Virus record (IMG/VR): IMGVR_UViG_3300044213_000107
Location: 62,001 to 126,000 of that record
DNA: 64,000 nt
Strand: one strand, 5' to 3'
The notes under the pieces were generated by a model. The model saw nothing but the letters and a program-made list of their open reading frames with translations, was not told the origin of the DNA and searched no databases. Positions 46,033-55,875 of this stretch are shown one piece after another (positions within the stretch are counted from its first letter, which is position 1; each line of letters begins with the position of its first letter). The position numbers and the translations under genes were made by a program.

Positions 46033-46962
46033 TTATTTGCGTACCAAATCTAATGTCACACAATGGAATCCGCCACCTAAGGTGCGACTATGACGTAATT
46101 CGTGTGGGACTGCAGTGATTTTGTGTTGTTCTAAAGTTTTTATTAGTTTTGTTTGACAGCGATCAACTATAACGGTATCGGGATCGATACTTAGCATATT
46201 CATAGCAATCCATTTGCTAGCATAGGGATACTGGTAAAATTCTTGCGCCACAATACCATCATCGTGCACCCAAATTTTTTCCCAGTCTGCAAAGACATCA
46301 GGGCAATTTTCTTCGGTAACACGACTAGCATTTAGCATTACTAGGCCTTCACGGAGTGCAACTATAGTACTGTCGATATGTACCCCACTATAAAAGTTAC
46401 AGACTTCGATGCTGGTGTCGGCAGGCAAGTTTTTAGATAACCAACGCCATGCTGCTAGGTTACCACTGGGGCTTTCTAAGTATAACAGTTTGTTGGGACC
46501 TAATCTTAGTATATTTGCGGCATCTAATACTAGTCCTTGATCCCGGGGCATTGTATATACTTTTCGTGCACTGTCAACCACAAAGTCCAGTGATTCTAAT
46601 TCCATATCCCGGCAAGGATACATCATAGCAGGATCAATAATATCTTCACCAAATACAATTAGTCTATCTCTGGGGCAGTAGTTATACATACCGTCTAAGT
46701 CTTGATAGTTTAATTGATGTGGTCTATAAACTGTTGCGCCTGCGTCTCTAAGTATGTTAACCAGTCCTTCGAGGTCTTCGTTTGTTTCGTCAATGACCCA
46801 TTGTGGCACAGGCCCACTAGGTACCGGAGTTTCTCGCCAGGTTGTTTTTTCACTTTCTAGTGCAAACACAGGATCAGTAGTTGGCCAGTTTGCATATGTA
46901 GCAGATCCTACTACTATTTCTCTTATCTTGTCCCATTCATTAAAGCTACTTATCATACCCAT
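46033..46962 (-). CDS. Amidinotransferase (glycine/inosamine-phosphate amidinotransferase family)
   Basis: SFNEWD, YNYCPRD, DAAN, HIDST and GGGFHCVTLD catalytic motifs. Confidence 0.92.
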   Translation of the reverse strand: MGMISSFNEWDKIREIVVGSATYANWPTTDPVFALESEKTTWRETPVPSGPVPQWVIDETNEDLEGLVNILRDAGATVYRPHQLNYQDLDGMYNYCPRDRLIVFGEDIIDPAMMYPCRDMELESLDFVVDSARKVYTMPRDQGLVLDAANILRLGPNKLLYLESPSGNLAAWRWLSKNLPADTSIEVCNFYSGVHIDSTIVALREGLVMLNASRVTEENCPDVFADWEKIWVHDDGIVAQEFYQYPYASKWIAMNMLSIDPDTVIVDRCQTKLIKTLEQHKITAVPHELRHSRTLGGGFHCVTLDLVRK

Positions 46963-47471
46963 CCTGTAATCTGTAATGTATATCTATCTTCTATGCCAAT
47001 ATTAGCTGCTGCATGTGGTAAGTCATATGCCCATTCAACAATATCACCTGCCGACCAATTAACTATGCCTTCGCCATTGACTTCACTGTAATGTCCCGGT
47101 TGCCAGTCTTCTAAAAAAACTACAGCACGACGAATGCGATGTTCCTGTCCCTGCAAGTTAAATATTTTAACATACTTAACATATAAATCAGAATGAGTTG
47201 GTAATATTGTACCAGTCTTCATTCGATAGTAACTGGTACCAATATCTTTCCAACTATATTTTGTAAACAAGTCAACAAATCTATAGTTCCACACAGGTTG
47301 TGTGCTACGCATATCGCACATTTCTCCTGTAAACTGTCCAGTATAGCCTTGCTCCCTCCATCGATTAACACTCGCTTGGTCATTAAAAGATTCTCGATTG
47401 TAGTCTAATGTTTTAAAATCATCGGTCCAGAATGGTGTTATTTTAAATTTACTGTAAGCGGGTGTTGCCAT
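46953..47471 (-). CDS. Cupin/2OG-Fe(II) oxygenase-like protein
   Basis: LPTHSD (HxD) ... HAAAN ... RYTLQITG; likely start MATPAY. Confidence 0.65.
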   Translation of the reverse strand: MATPAYSKFKITPFWTDDFKTLDYNRESFNDQASVNRWREQGYTGQFTGEMCDMRSTQPVWNYRFVDLFTKYSWKDIGTSYYRMKTGTILPTHSDLYVKYVKIFNLQGQEHRIRRAVVFLEDWQPGHYSEVNGEGIVNWSAGDIVEWAYDLPHAAANIGIEDRYTLQITGWV

Positions 47472-48690
47472 AATGAATAACCTTAACTCCTTGAATGTTA
47501 GATGAATATGTGCGCCACGGATCAACAATAACGCTGCCTTCTGAGATTTCGCAGTACATACCTTGTTGTTCGACAACTCCAGCATAGCCATAAGTGATTT
47601 GTTTATTATGAGCTAACAAAACAACACCCTTTACTGGCTTGTCTGGCGCCGGATCGCCTGTTAATGGATCAATGTATGTAGGTTTGTAACCAAATTCTTG
47701 ACAATAATATCCAACTAATAAACTATAACTACCTTCTGTGTATGCTACATCGGGTTTGTATGCTTTACCGTGAATATAAATCGGTAGGTCGTATAACTTT
47801 GCTTGTTCTACCAATGACTGTGCCATTAATCGTGCTTGTTTTTCTCTGGCATGCATGATAGCATCAAACAAATCATAACCTAAATCAAGTTCTTGGGCGA
47901 GATATCTTAATGCAATATTATCGCGCGGATGACACGGACCTGCATCTCCAAGTCCTGCAGTCATATACTTAGGCCCCATGATCCGCATATTAGATTTAGC
48001 AAGTGCTGCAGTCACAACATCAACATTAATGTTTCCTTGTCGAATAGCAACGTCTTGAATCATGTTAGCTAGACCAATTTTGGCACTAATGAATGTATTA
48101 TAAAATACCTTGATACATTCAGCTTCGTCCCAGGTTCCAACTTCGTAGCGCGGATCATTTTCCATTATAGTTTGATAAAATTCAATTAGTTCCTGTGCAT
48201 CACCGGTTACGGATCCATCTTCGGTTCCAATAATAACCATTTCGGGATTGACCATATCCCACTCTACTGTGCCCATGGCAATCAAATATGGGTTATATAC
48301 AAATCGTGCGTTGGTGATATGATTTCGCAATTGTTTTCTTGTAGTACCAGGCAACACAGTTGAAATCAAAACAATCAATTGATCTGCAACAGCATATTGA
48401 TTAATATCTTGCAAAACTTGATTAACTAATGTATAATCGAAGTCTTTATTAGGTAAATGTGTAATTGGCTGTTCGCCACCATAAACAGGGTCGTGTGGTG
48501 TTTGGACTGCAATAAAGACTATGTCTTTGCCAACTACTGCTTCTTTTAAGGTATTAGCTATTTTGATTTTGTTGCTGGTGCGTGGATAAATATCATACCC
48601 AGTAACATCGTGTTTGCTAGCCATAACTTCGGCGCAGGCCAAACCTAATTTTCCAATTCCTATAAACCCTACGTTTTTTCTATTACTCAT
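47449..48690 (-). CDS. UDP-glucose/GDP-mannose dehydrogenase family protein
   Basis: GIGKLG, AVQTP, ISTV.PGT, KVFYNTF, GPCHPRD and YKP motifs. Confidence 0.92.
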   Translation of the reverse strand: MSNRKNVGFIGIGKLGLACAEVMASKHDVTGYDIYPRTSNKIKIANTLKEAVVGKDIVFIAVQTPHDPVYGGEQPITHLPNKDFDYTLVNQVLQDINQYAVADQLIVLISTVLPGTTRKQLRNHITNARFVYNPYLIAMGTVEWDMVNPEMVIIGTEDGSVTGDAQELIEFYQTIMENDPRYEVGTWDEAECIKVFYNTFISAKIGLANMIQDVAIRQGNINVDVVTAALAKSNMRIMGPKYMTAGLGDAGPCHPRDNIALRYLAQELDLGYDLFDAIMHAREKQARLMAQSLVEQAKLYDLPIYIHGKAYKPDVAYTEGSYSLLVGYYCQEFGYKPTYIDPLTGDPAPDKPVKGVVLLAHNKQITYGYAGVVEQQGMYCEISEGSVIVDPWRTYSSNIQGVKVIHYGNTRLQ

Positions 48691-49816
48691 GAATGTCCTT
48701 GTTAATTGGTATCGTATAATATATCAAAATTTTTTACAAAATTTAGATTGTCTGTCTATATATCCTGCTGAGTTTGATAAAGAGTTTCCTTACTATAAAT
48801 TTAATGGTCTTCCGGAATATTCTAAAACCATGACCAAATATAGAGCTTTGTTTTTTGATCAAGAGCCGATATATATAAACCTGATGACAAAAATGCTAGA
48901 TAATTTTAAATTTCATATAAAGCATAAATCATTATTATTTTTTAGCACAGAAATTAGTAAAGATAAAGACATTGTCGTTGAAAAATATAAAATGAACGAC
49001 GTGTATTATTTTTATCATGCAATTGCTGCGCAAGAAATGTATCTAGATGGATTTTACTTGAATCAAGATTTCAATTTAAATTTTGATAAAGTATTTATAT
49101 CATACAATAATTTAATTAATAATAATAGAGTCTATAGATCAGATTTTGTTGCTAGATTGTATGAAAAGAATCTAATTAACGAAGGATATTTAAGTTATAA
49201 CACCAATGGCAACAATTCTATTTTAGAAGATATTGGTTTTCCGTTATTGCCTACTTCAAGTAAAGAAATTATACTTAAAAATATAGACGACCTAAATAAA
49301 AAACTCATAATTGACCACGAAGTTGTTACAGGTGCTATGAGCAGTTCATCGGGATTAGAAAACAATCTACGTGCATTTGTTCATGTAGTAACAGAAACTA
49401 TTTTTTATGAACAAAAATTACATCTAACAGAAAAGATCTTTAAACCAATAGTTAGTAAGCAACCTTTTCTGCTATTAGCTGCACCGGGTAATCTAGAATA
49501 TCTAAAAGGGTACGGATTTAAAACATTCAGTGATTTTTGGGACGAAGGGTACGATAAAATCATCAATCCTGCAAAAAGGATCGAAGCGGTTGTTGCAATA
49601 CTTGAATCTCTTGCAGGTAAATCGCACTGCGAGTTAGTGGCAATGAAATCAGCGATGAGAGATATACTAGAACACAATCATTATCATTTTTATCATACAC
49701 TGAGGCCTATGGTAGTAACAGAACTTACTGACAATATGGCCAAAGGGTTAGCGTCTGCAGAAATACCATATAACACTAACGATTTACAACACCTTAATCA
49801 AATTCTTTGCTACTAA
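48614..49816 (+). CDS. AT-rich hypothetical protein; paralog of 43122
   Basis: HVVTET...HLTEKIFKPI...PF...NLEYLK.YGFKTF...WDEGYD; start uncertain. Confidence 0.6.
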   Translation: MLAITSAQAKPNFPIPINPTFFLLLMNVLVNWYRIIYQNFLQNLDCLSIYPAEFDKEFPYYKFNGLPEYSKTMTKYRALFFDQEPIYINLMTKMLDNFKFHIKHKSLLFFSTEISKDKDIVVEKYKMNDVYYFYHAIAAQEMYLDGFYLNQDFNLNFDKVFISYNNLINNNRVYRSDFVARLYEKNLINEGYLSYNTNGNNSILEDIGFPLLPTSSKEIILKNIDDLNKKLIIDHEVVTGAMSSSSGLENNLRAFVHVVTETIFYEQKLHLTEKIFKPIVSKQPFLLLAAPGNLEYLKGYGFKTFSDFWDEGYDKIINPAKRIEAVVAILESLAGKSHCELVAMKSAMRDILEHNHYHFYHTLRPMVVTELTDNMAKGLASAEIPYNTNDLQHLNQILCY

Positions 49817-49823
49817 ATACTAG

Positions 49824-50744
49824 ATGAAAATTAGTGATGTATTGAATGATGATATTTCTCGCCGTGGTTTTTTGCGTGGACTAGCAGGAGCTGCCGCAGT
49901 AGGTGCAACCGGGGCTCATGCTACTGCAAAATCTATTGTGTATCAAGTAGTAGAACCCGGTGACACTGTTTATTCAATTGCACAGCAAAATGGCATGCGG
50001 CCCGAAGATTTATTTCGGTTAAACAATCTAAACAAGAACTCTAAATTGATTCCCGGACAAAAAATACGTGTGCCGGATACATCAAAAATGATTCCTGATC
50101 CTGCGGTACAAATTCCCACTGATGAATTAGGAAACTTTATTTCTAGCATTGATCAACACAAAGTTGATCAAATAATGCATAGATATGTTACAGCCAAAGA
50201 AAAAGAATCGATCATCCCACCTCCCGCAGACTCACACAAAAAATCAACTGCTAAATCTCACGAATACAAGCCAGTGACAAACAGTCCGTTTGAGTTGGTG
50301 TTGCGCAATGTTGCCATGCGTGCAGGAATTATTAAATCAGAATTGGCTGCATTTATGGGGCAATGTGCACACGAATCAGCAAAATTTACCACAGTAAAAG
50401 AACTAGACAGTGGCAGTAAATATGAAGGTCGTCGTGACATAGGAAACATTTATCCCGGGGATGGACAAAAATACAAAGGTCGTGGATTTATACAAATTAC
50501 CGGCAGATATAATTATACAGAAGCGTCCAAGGATCTGGGAATAGATCTAGTCAATCATCCCGAGCTAGCCGAAAGACCTGATGTAGCAGCTCGTGTGAGT
50601 ATTTGGTTCTGGCAAAAATTTGTTCAACCAAAGATTAAAAATTGGGCCGATAATCGTGCAGTTACTCGTGTAATCAATCCAGGATTACGTGGTGAAAAAA
50701 ATCGAGAAAAATATACTCAAAGTTTTAAAACAGCCGGGCTATAA
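49824..50744 (+). CDS. LysM plus glycoside hydrolase family 19 peptidoglycan hydrolase with a twin-arginine motif
   Basis: SRRGFL; VEPGDTVYSIA LysM; AAFMGQCAHES...YKGRGFIQITGRYNY. Confidence 0.9.
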   Translation: MKISDVLNDDISRRGFLRGLAGAAAVGATGAHATAKSIVYQVVEPGDTVYSIAQQNGMRPEDLFRLNNLNKNSKLIPGQKIRVPDTSKMIPDPAVQIPTDELGNFISSIDQHKVDQIMHRYVTAKEKESIIPPPADSHKKSTAKSHEYKPVTNSPFELVLRNVAMRAGIIKSELAAFMGQCAHESAKFTTVKELDSGSKYEGRRDIGNIYPGDGQKYKGRGFIQITGRYNYTEASKDLGIDLVNHPELAERPDVAARVSIWFWQKFVQPKIKNWADNRAVTRVINPGLRGEKNREKYTQSFKTAGL

Positions 50745-51121
50745 TTAAACAAAGTTTTTAAAACTTTACCTGCCGGTTCAAAATTTTCTTCCATGATATG
50801 TTCAGCAAGTCCATATGCTGTTGTGCCCATATCTTTATAATAAGTTTCGCTAGGCCATTTATTTCGACGCAATGGATAACTATGAATTAGTAAACATTCG
50901 TCGCCGACTGATAATAAATTTTCTTTTCTATTAGAATTAACCGCTAGCAATAGTTGCATAGCAACGGCTTCATTGCCAATATTGATCCGTTCAAAGTTTC
51001 GTGCCATTAGATGCACAACATAAGCCTCAACGTCGTGATCTAAAATAATATTGCTACGACTTTCACTTTCAATAACTAAATCGTAACAACTCTTTACATA
51101 TTCAAACCAGTGTTTGCTCAT
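50717..51121 (-). CDS. Hypothetical protein
   Basis: VEAYVVHL...LLSVGDECL; TAAATA motif upstream. Confidence 0.6.
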   Translation of the reverse strand: MSKHWFEYVKSCYDLVIESESRSNIILDHDVEAYVVHLMARNFERINIGNEAVAMQLLLAVNSNRKENLLSVGDECLLIHSYPLRRNKWPSETYYKDMGTTAYGLAEHIMEENFEPAGKVLKTLFNYSPAVLKL

Positions 51122-51132
51122 GTAAATATTTA

Positions 51133-51342
51133 TTATGCGTACGAATCTAAAGAGTTATGATAACTCATTGGCAAATGATTTGCAACGTGTGCAAGCATAC
51201 CGTTGTCTGCGTACACTTTTACTGTATGTGAACGATTTTTAGCAGCATATTTCAATGCTAAATCTAAGCTGGCAAAAAAATATTCTTCTGTTGTTAATAC
51301 TCCGCCTAACCAACTATGTGTAACTACCTTATGTTTACTCAT
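51133..51342 (-). CDS. Hypothetical protein
   Basis: Coupled to the upstream glycosyltransferase-like gene. Confidence 0.55.
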   Translation of the reverse strand: MSKHKVVTHSWLGGVLTTEEYFFASLDLALKYAAKNRSHTVKVYADNGMLAHVANHLPMSYHNSLDSYA

Positions 51343-51343
51343 T

Positions 51344-52402
51344 TTATTCCCCTGAAAAATATTTATGCCATACTTTTTTTGTTTTATTTGTATAAGAGTT
51401 TAATGAGTTTCGATTCGTCCAAACATTAAGTCTAGGCCAATTATATGTTGTATGTAATTTTTTAGTGATATCATTACTATCAACTGGGTCAGCAGAAAAT
51501 GTTTCAACACTCCATGGTATTTCGTTACTACCAACAATGGGAACTCCTTGGCTCAACAGATCTGCGGTTACAATATTAAATGTTTCACTAAAACTTACCT
51601 GTAGTCCAATATCCATTTCAGCACACAATTCTAAAAACTGTTCTCTTGGTCGCCATTGATGATTTATTAATTCGTGACCTGTTGTGTATAACTGTTCAAA
51701 CATTCCGCGAAGATTATGTAATACCGGGCCTCCTTGCATTTCTATACGCCCAGTGTTAATGTGAAAACGTAATTTCTTGCCAATTTGTTCAGCAAAATTT
51801 ATGGCCGCATGTGCCTGTAACAGATGATTTTTCAATGGACGTACTGCGCCAAAACATCCAATATCAATAGTGTCTTTATTTTTATCTATTCTTTTTGCAG
51901 ATTGATATTCTTGTGGATAAAAGTTCGGCAAGTAAATTACTCGTTGTTCTGTAGTCAATAAGTCCCACCGATTTTTTATTTGCAAATAACTGCGAGTTTC
52001 TTCTAACATACGAGGTGCATTAACACCAATAATGATATTTTCAAAATTACTGTATTCACCAATCCAATTCATGGCCATGCCTTCGCCGGCCATAAACGGC
52101 ATTTCGCTGTGTAATCGAATGATCCATTTTACCGTTGGGTGTAATTTTTGTAGAATTAAAAACTTTTCTGGTACTACCCATAATGCTTCAATAATAACAT
52201 GAGTTGGTTGATGTTTTGTTACCAATCTATCTATGCAGTTATTATCAATGGCAACTTCAAGAACTGAGTCTATACCTATGTCTCGTAACATTTGATCAAC
52301 GAAACTTGCACTATTATAAAGTCCTGTGCTTAATCCAACATGACTGTGTAATACTGCATGATAATCTTCTCGACGTTTTAATATAAACAATACCTTTGAC
52401 AT
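51344..52402 (-). CDS. Glycosyltransferase-like protein (GT-B)
   Basis: IGCFGAVRPLKN...SFSETFNIVTAD...GVPIV. Confidence 0.75.
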   Translation of the reverse strand: MSKVLFILKRREDYHAVLHSHVGLSTGLYNSASFVDQMLRDIGIDSVLEVAIDNNCIDRLVTKHQPTHVIIEALWVVPEKFLILQKLHPTVKWIIRLHSEMPFMAGEGMAMNWIGEYSNFENIIIGVNAPRMLEETRSYLQIKNRWDLLTTEQRVIYLPNFYPQEYQSAKRIDKNKDTIDIGCFGAVRPLKNHLLQAHAAINFAEQIGKKLRFHINTGRIEMQGGPVLHNLRGMFEQLYTTGHELINHQWRPREQFLELCAEMDIGLQVSFSETFNIVTADLLSQGVPIVGSNEIPWSVETFSADPVDSNDITKKLHTTYNWPRLNVWTNRNSLNSYTNKTKKVWHKYFSGE

Positions 52403-52468
52403 AACTATCCTAATTCAATATGTATTTAAGAGAATATCTGTTACAAATTTATTAATTTATGTAAAGAT

Positions 52469-53194
52469 TTATTGCATATTAGCAATGATAAATTCTGCTT
52501 CGGGAATTCTAGTATGACCGTTTTGACTACCGAGTACCACAACCCGGCGAATACCACGGTCAGTTTTTACAGTTAGTATAATACAACCACCAGCGGCATG
52601 TGTGGTTCCGGTTTTGCTTACAATAAATTCGTAGGTTTTTCCAATTAATGGATTTGTATTTTTGAATATTAAATATTTTTTTCGAAGCTGTATTTCTACT
52701 TTTGTTTGTTTTGCCGCACTAACTATTAACGGATATTGTTCTGCTTGATTTAATAACTTCAGTAAGTCGTTTGCTGTACTTGTATTTTCTGCGTTTAACC
52801 CAGATGCGTCGGCATAGGTAGTATTGTTCATGCCAAATTCACGAGCATACATATTCATGTCTGCAACACACCCTGCATAACTTCGTGTATAGTTTTTACA
52901 TAACATATCAGCGGCATGATTGTCACTGTGCACAAGAGTTAGGTAAATTAACTCCTGCCGTGTTAAACGTAGTTGTCGATTGTATTGAAATGTTTGATCT
53001 AGTGGTTGATTTGCTCGTAATACTGCAATAACTGTCATTACCTTTGTAACACTAGCAATTGACAATACTTCATCTCTGTTTTTACCATCCAATATTACGT
53101 TGTCTTGATCAGCAATCAGCCAAGACTTGGCAGTTAGATCTTTGGCCGACACTGCGCAACTTAGAAAAAATAACAAATATATTAGGTACCGCAT
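52469..53194 (-). CDS. D-alanyl-D-alanine carboxypeptidase/endopeptidase (peptidase S11)
   Basis: SVTK (SxxK), SDN (SxN) and KTG motifs; signal peptide; promoter TTGATA-17-TATAAT at 53201-53229. Confidence 0.92.
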   Translation of the reverse strand: MRYLIYLLFFLSCAVSAKDLTAKSWLIADQDNVILDGKNRDEVLSIASVTKVMTVIAVLRANQPLDQTFQYNRQLRLTRQELIYLTLVHSDNHAADMLCKNYTRSYAGCVADMNMYAREFGMNNTTYADASGLNAENTSTANDLLKLLNQAEQYPLIVSAAKQTKVEIQLRKKYLIFKNTNPLIGKTYEFIVSKTGTTHAAGGCIILTVKTDRGIRRVVVLGSQNGHTRIPEAEFIIANMQ

Positions 53195-53211
53195 GTGCGT
53201 ATTATAACAGA

Positions 53212-54222
53212 TTACTTTGTACTTATCAAGTTATTTTCAAAGATTTCCCAGGCTCTTTGCCAAGTCCAACGTTGACTGCCTGCATGTACCTGTGTTCGGT
53301 CCATTTCTAGACATTTCTCAACTGCCACAGACAAACTCTCACAATCTGGATCTACCATGAATCCGGTTACGCCTTGGTCAACCACATCTGCTGGACCTTG
53401 GCATCGGTAGGCTGCCACCGGAGTACCGCAGGCCATGGCTTCAATCATCACAATACCAAATGTCTCCCATCGACTGGGAAATACAAATACTTCGGCATTG
53501 GCATAGTACTCAGCCAACTCTATGCCGGTTTTGAATCCAGTGAAATGCACTTCAGGATATCGTTTTTTGTAGGTTTCCAACATGGGCCCGTCGCCTACCA
53601 TGATTTTGAGATATCCTGGATAGTCCAACTGAAAAAAATCTTCCAGATTCTTTTCCTTGCTTACTCTGCTAACACACAACAGATATTTTCCTGGAAGATT
53701 TTTTCTAAGCTCAGGATCAAATATAGTTCGATCAACACCGCGAGTCCAGGGTATGATTTCACCATCAAAGCCGTGTGCACGCAGTTCTTTGACCATGCTG
53801 TCTGTGGTGGTCAAGACCTTGCCCGAGTGCTTGTGGAACCAGCGCACAAAACGCCAGGTGATCCATTCAGGAACGCCCAAGATCTTTTTCAACCCTTCAG
53901 GAAACTTAGTATGATAAGCGGTATTGTGCCTAACACCAACCAGTGATAGATATGCTCGAGCCCACAGACCCAAAGGACCTTCTGTTTGGATGTGTATATA
54001 ATCCGGAGCAATCTCCTCGATCTTCTCCCCAATATTGCTAGGCCAGGCCAATTTGACTTCGTTGTAGCCAGGGCAATCAATATAGCTGAAGCACCCGGGG
54101 TGCAGATTATGAACAATATAACCATCCCGTAACGCAAGCGCCTCAATATTTTTGTAAGTAGTAACGACACCATTTATTTGGTCAGGAAGATTATCCCCGA
54201 TCATTAGTATTTTCTTTGACAA
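53212..54222 (-). CDS. Glycosyltransferase family 4
   Basis: DNLPDQINGV, TEGP.G, VSRVSKEKN and ETFGIVMIEAMACGTPV; TTG start inside the endonuclease gene. Confidence 0.92.
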   Translation of the reverse strand: MSKKILMIGDNLPDQINGVVTTYKNIEALALRDGYIVHNLHPGCFSYIDCPGYNEVKLAWPSNIGEKIEEIAPDYIHIQTEGPLGLWARAYLSLVGVRHNTAYHTKFPEGLKKILGVPEWITWRFVRWFHKHSGKVLTTTDSMVKELRAHGFDGEIIPWTRGVDRTIFDPELRKNLPGKYLLCVSRVSKEKNLEDFFQLDYPGYLKIMVGDGPMLETYKKRYPEVHFTGFKTGIELAEYYANAEVFVFPSRWETFGIVMIEAMACGTPVAAYRCQGPADVVDQGVTGFMVDPDCESLSVAVEKCLEMDRTQVHAGSQRWTWQRAWEIFENNLISTK

Positions 54223-54832
54223 CTTTCCATCCTTTATGAATCATGACATCTCCTTTAACTAAATGCCGAACTGCTTTTGGTCTCAAATTATATTTTGTAG
54301 CAAATTCTAATTTAGATCCAGAGAATCTATTACCGTCTTTATGTTCAAACACATGAGAGGTTGGGTCATAATTGGGATTATTCATTCCGCTTTGATTTGG
54401 TCGATTATTTCTAAACTCTGAGTCTTGCCATAATTTCAATGAATTTTCTCTTTGTTTCTGTTTGTATTTCAATGAACTATATGTTGTTTTTCTTGCTTCT
54501 CGAATCTTATCCTTATATCCCGGTTGTAACCATAATTCCTTCATCCATTCCGTTGTATTACCATTACCTTCTTCGGGTTTAAGATTAGCCCACTCTCTTG
54601 AATTTACAATATTCCATAAATCACTATAATGTTTACCCCAATAAATCATTTCATCTCTACTTACACATTCTTTAATAACTTCAGTTGTTACATCATATCC
54701 GTGAACTTTGAGATGTTTTTTCCAATATTTGCCAGACCCAGGGTACTTGTTATAATCTTGTCTTGTAGTCTGACAGAGATATTTTAATCCTGTTTTATTG
54801 TGTGTTTTAACCAGCAGATAAATTGTTTTCAT
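54191..54832 (-). mobile_element. Free-standing GIY-YIG-like (Seg-type) homing endonuclease
   Basis: IYLLVKTHNKTGLKYLCQT...YPGSG..W; C-terminal NUMOD-like NNPNY...F..KY.L; own TAAATA promoter. Confidence 0.8.
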
Positions 54833-54858
54833 ATCTTTATTTATGCTAGACCGGACTC

Positions 54859-54915
54859 TCAGTGGCTAATACATGGCTCCGGCAGATTATCTGTGATGAT
54901 TAGAATTGTTTTCAT
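54859..54915 (-). pseudogene. Orphaned original 5' end of the GT4 gene (MKTILIITDNLPE)
   Basis: Matches the GT4 N-terminus MSKKILMIGDNLPD on the other side of the endonuclease. Confidence 0.7.
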
Positions 54916-54987
54916 TGATTGTTTCTTTCAGTGTCAATAGTAGAGTTAGTCCCACCCATAGTACGTACATGATAACTATAAAGTATT

Positions 54988-55875
54988 TCATTCGTTCATC
55001 CTAAATCTTATGTATTCTGTTAATTTGTCAGCTACATCAATTTCGCAATATTTTTCAAATCCACCAAAACCTGGATTACTATTTGCTTCACAAACAACAA
55101 AACCATTTTCTCCAAATAGTAAATCAACTCCAGCAATGTTTAATCCTAGTACTCGTGCAGTTTCAATGGCCAGGTACTCAATTTCTGGTGTGACTTCAAA
55201 ATTAGCACCTGTACCACCTCCGGTAATATTTGCACGAAAATCACCTTCAGGAGCTGTACGCTTCATGGCACCCAATACCCGCCCGCCAATTACAAACACA
55301 CGCAGATCTTCTCCTGGCCTAGCACTCATATACTCCTGTACAATCATTGTTTTTTTAGCGCCAAGCGTATCAATAAATTCCATTAATTTTTTATAATCTC
55401 TTTTACGTTCGCATAGATATACGCCTTCGCCGTAGCTGCCGGTGACCAATTTTACCACACAAGGAAATCCTATGTGTTGTTCAACTAGGCCGTCATCAAT
55501 AGGATAGCGTACCATCATGGTCTTGGGAATCGGTATGTTACTTGCGGCCAACCGTTGTCCTGTTCTTAATTTGTCACGAACTATATTAATGCTTACACTC
55601 GGATTAACGCACGGAACGCCCATTTGCTCAAATTGTCTAATAATTGCTAACTGAAATGGTAAAATACCAGCACCCAATCTTACTAAAACTAGATTTGGTG
55701 TTGGTAAGTCTTGCCCTTTGTATTTTACAGATTCTTGAAGATTTTTGCTGACTACAATGTCAAAGTCGTCAGGATGTGCAACTGTTGTGGTTATTCCTTT
55801 GCTGGAAAAACTATCTACTAGCCTGCTGGTTTCGTATTCATTACGTTCTTGTTTTGATATTATCAATACTGTCAT
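54988..55875 (-). CDS. rimK: RimK family ATP-grasp alpha-L-glutamate ligase
   Basis: RDKL, IPKT, PCVVK..GSYGEGV, VQEY, DLRVFVIG, FRAN, AGVD and EANSNPG motifs. Confidence 0.9.
   Translation of the reverse strand: MTVLIISKQERNEYETSRLVDSFSSKGITTTVAHPDDFDIVVSKNLQESVKYKGQDLPTPNLVLVRLGAGILPFQLAIIRQFEQMGVPCVNPSVSINIVRDKLRTGQRLAASNIPIPKTMMVRYPIDDGLVEQHIGFPCVVKLVTGSYGEGVYLCERKRDYKKLMEFIDTLGAKKTMIVQEYMSARPGEDLRVFVIGGRVLGAMKRTAPEGDFRANITGGGTGANFEVTPEIEYLAIETARVLGLNIAGVDLLFGENGFVVCEANSNPGFGGFEKYCEIDVADKLTEYIRFRMNE

Noticed and set aside
47472-47591. Extended N-terminus of the oxygenase-like ORF
   Set aside because: It overlaps the dehydrogenase C-terminus; ATG 47471 with an upstream AAGGAG is the better start.
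54191-54860. Group I intron interrupting the glycosyltransferase
   Set aside because: Only about 30 nt of non-coding sequence flanks the endonuclease ORF, leaving no room for a ribozyme core. The insert has its own promoter, and the GT N-terminus is duplicated rather than split.
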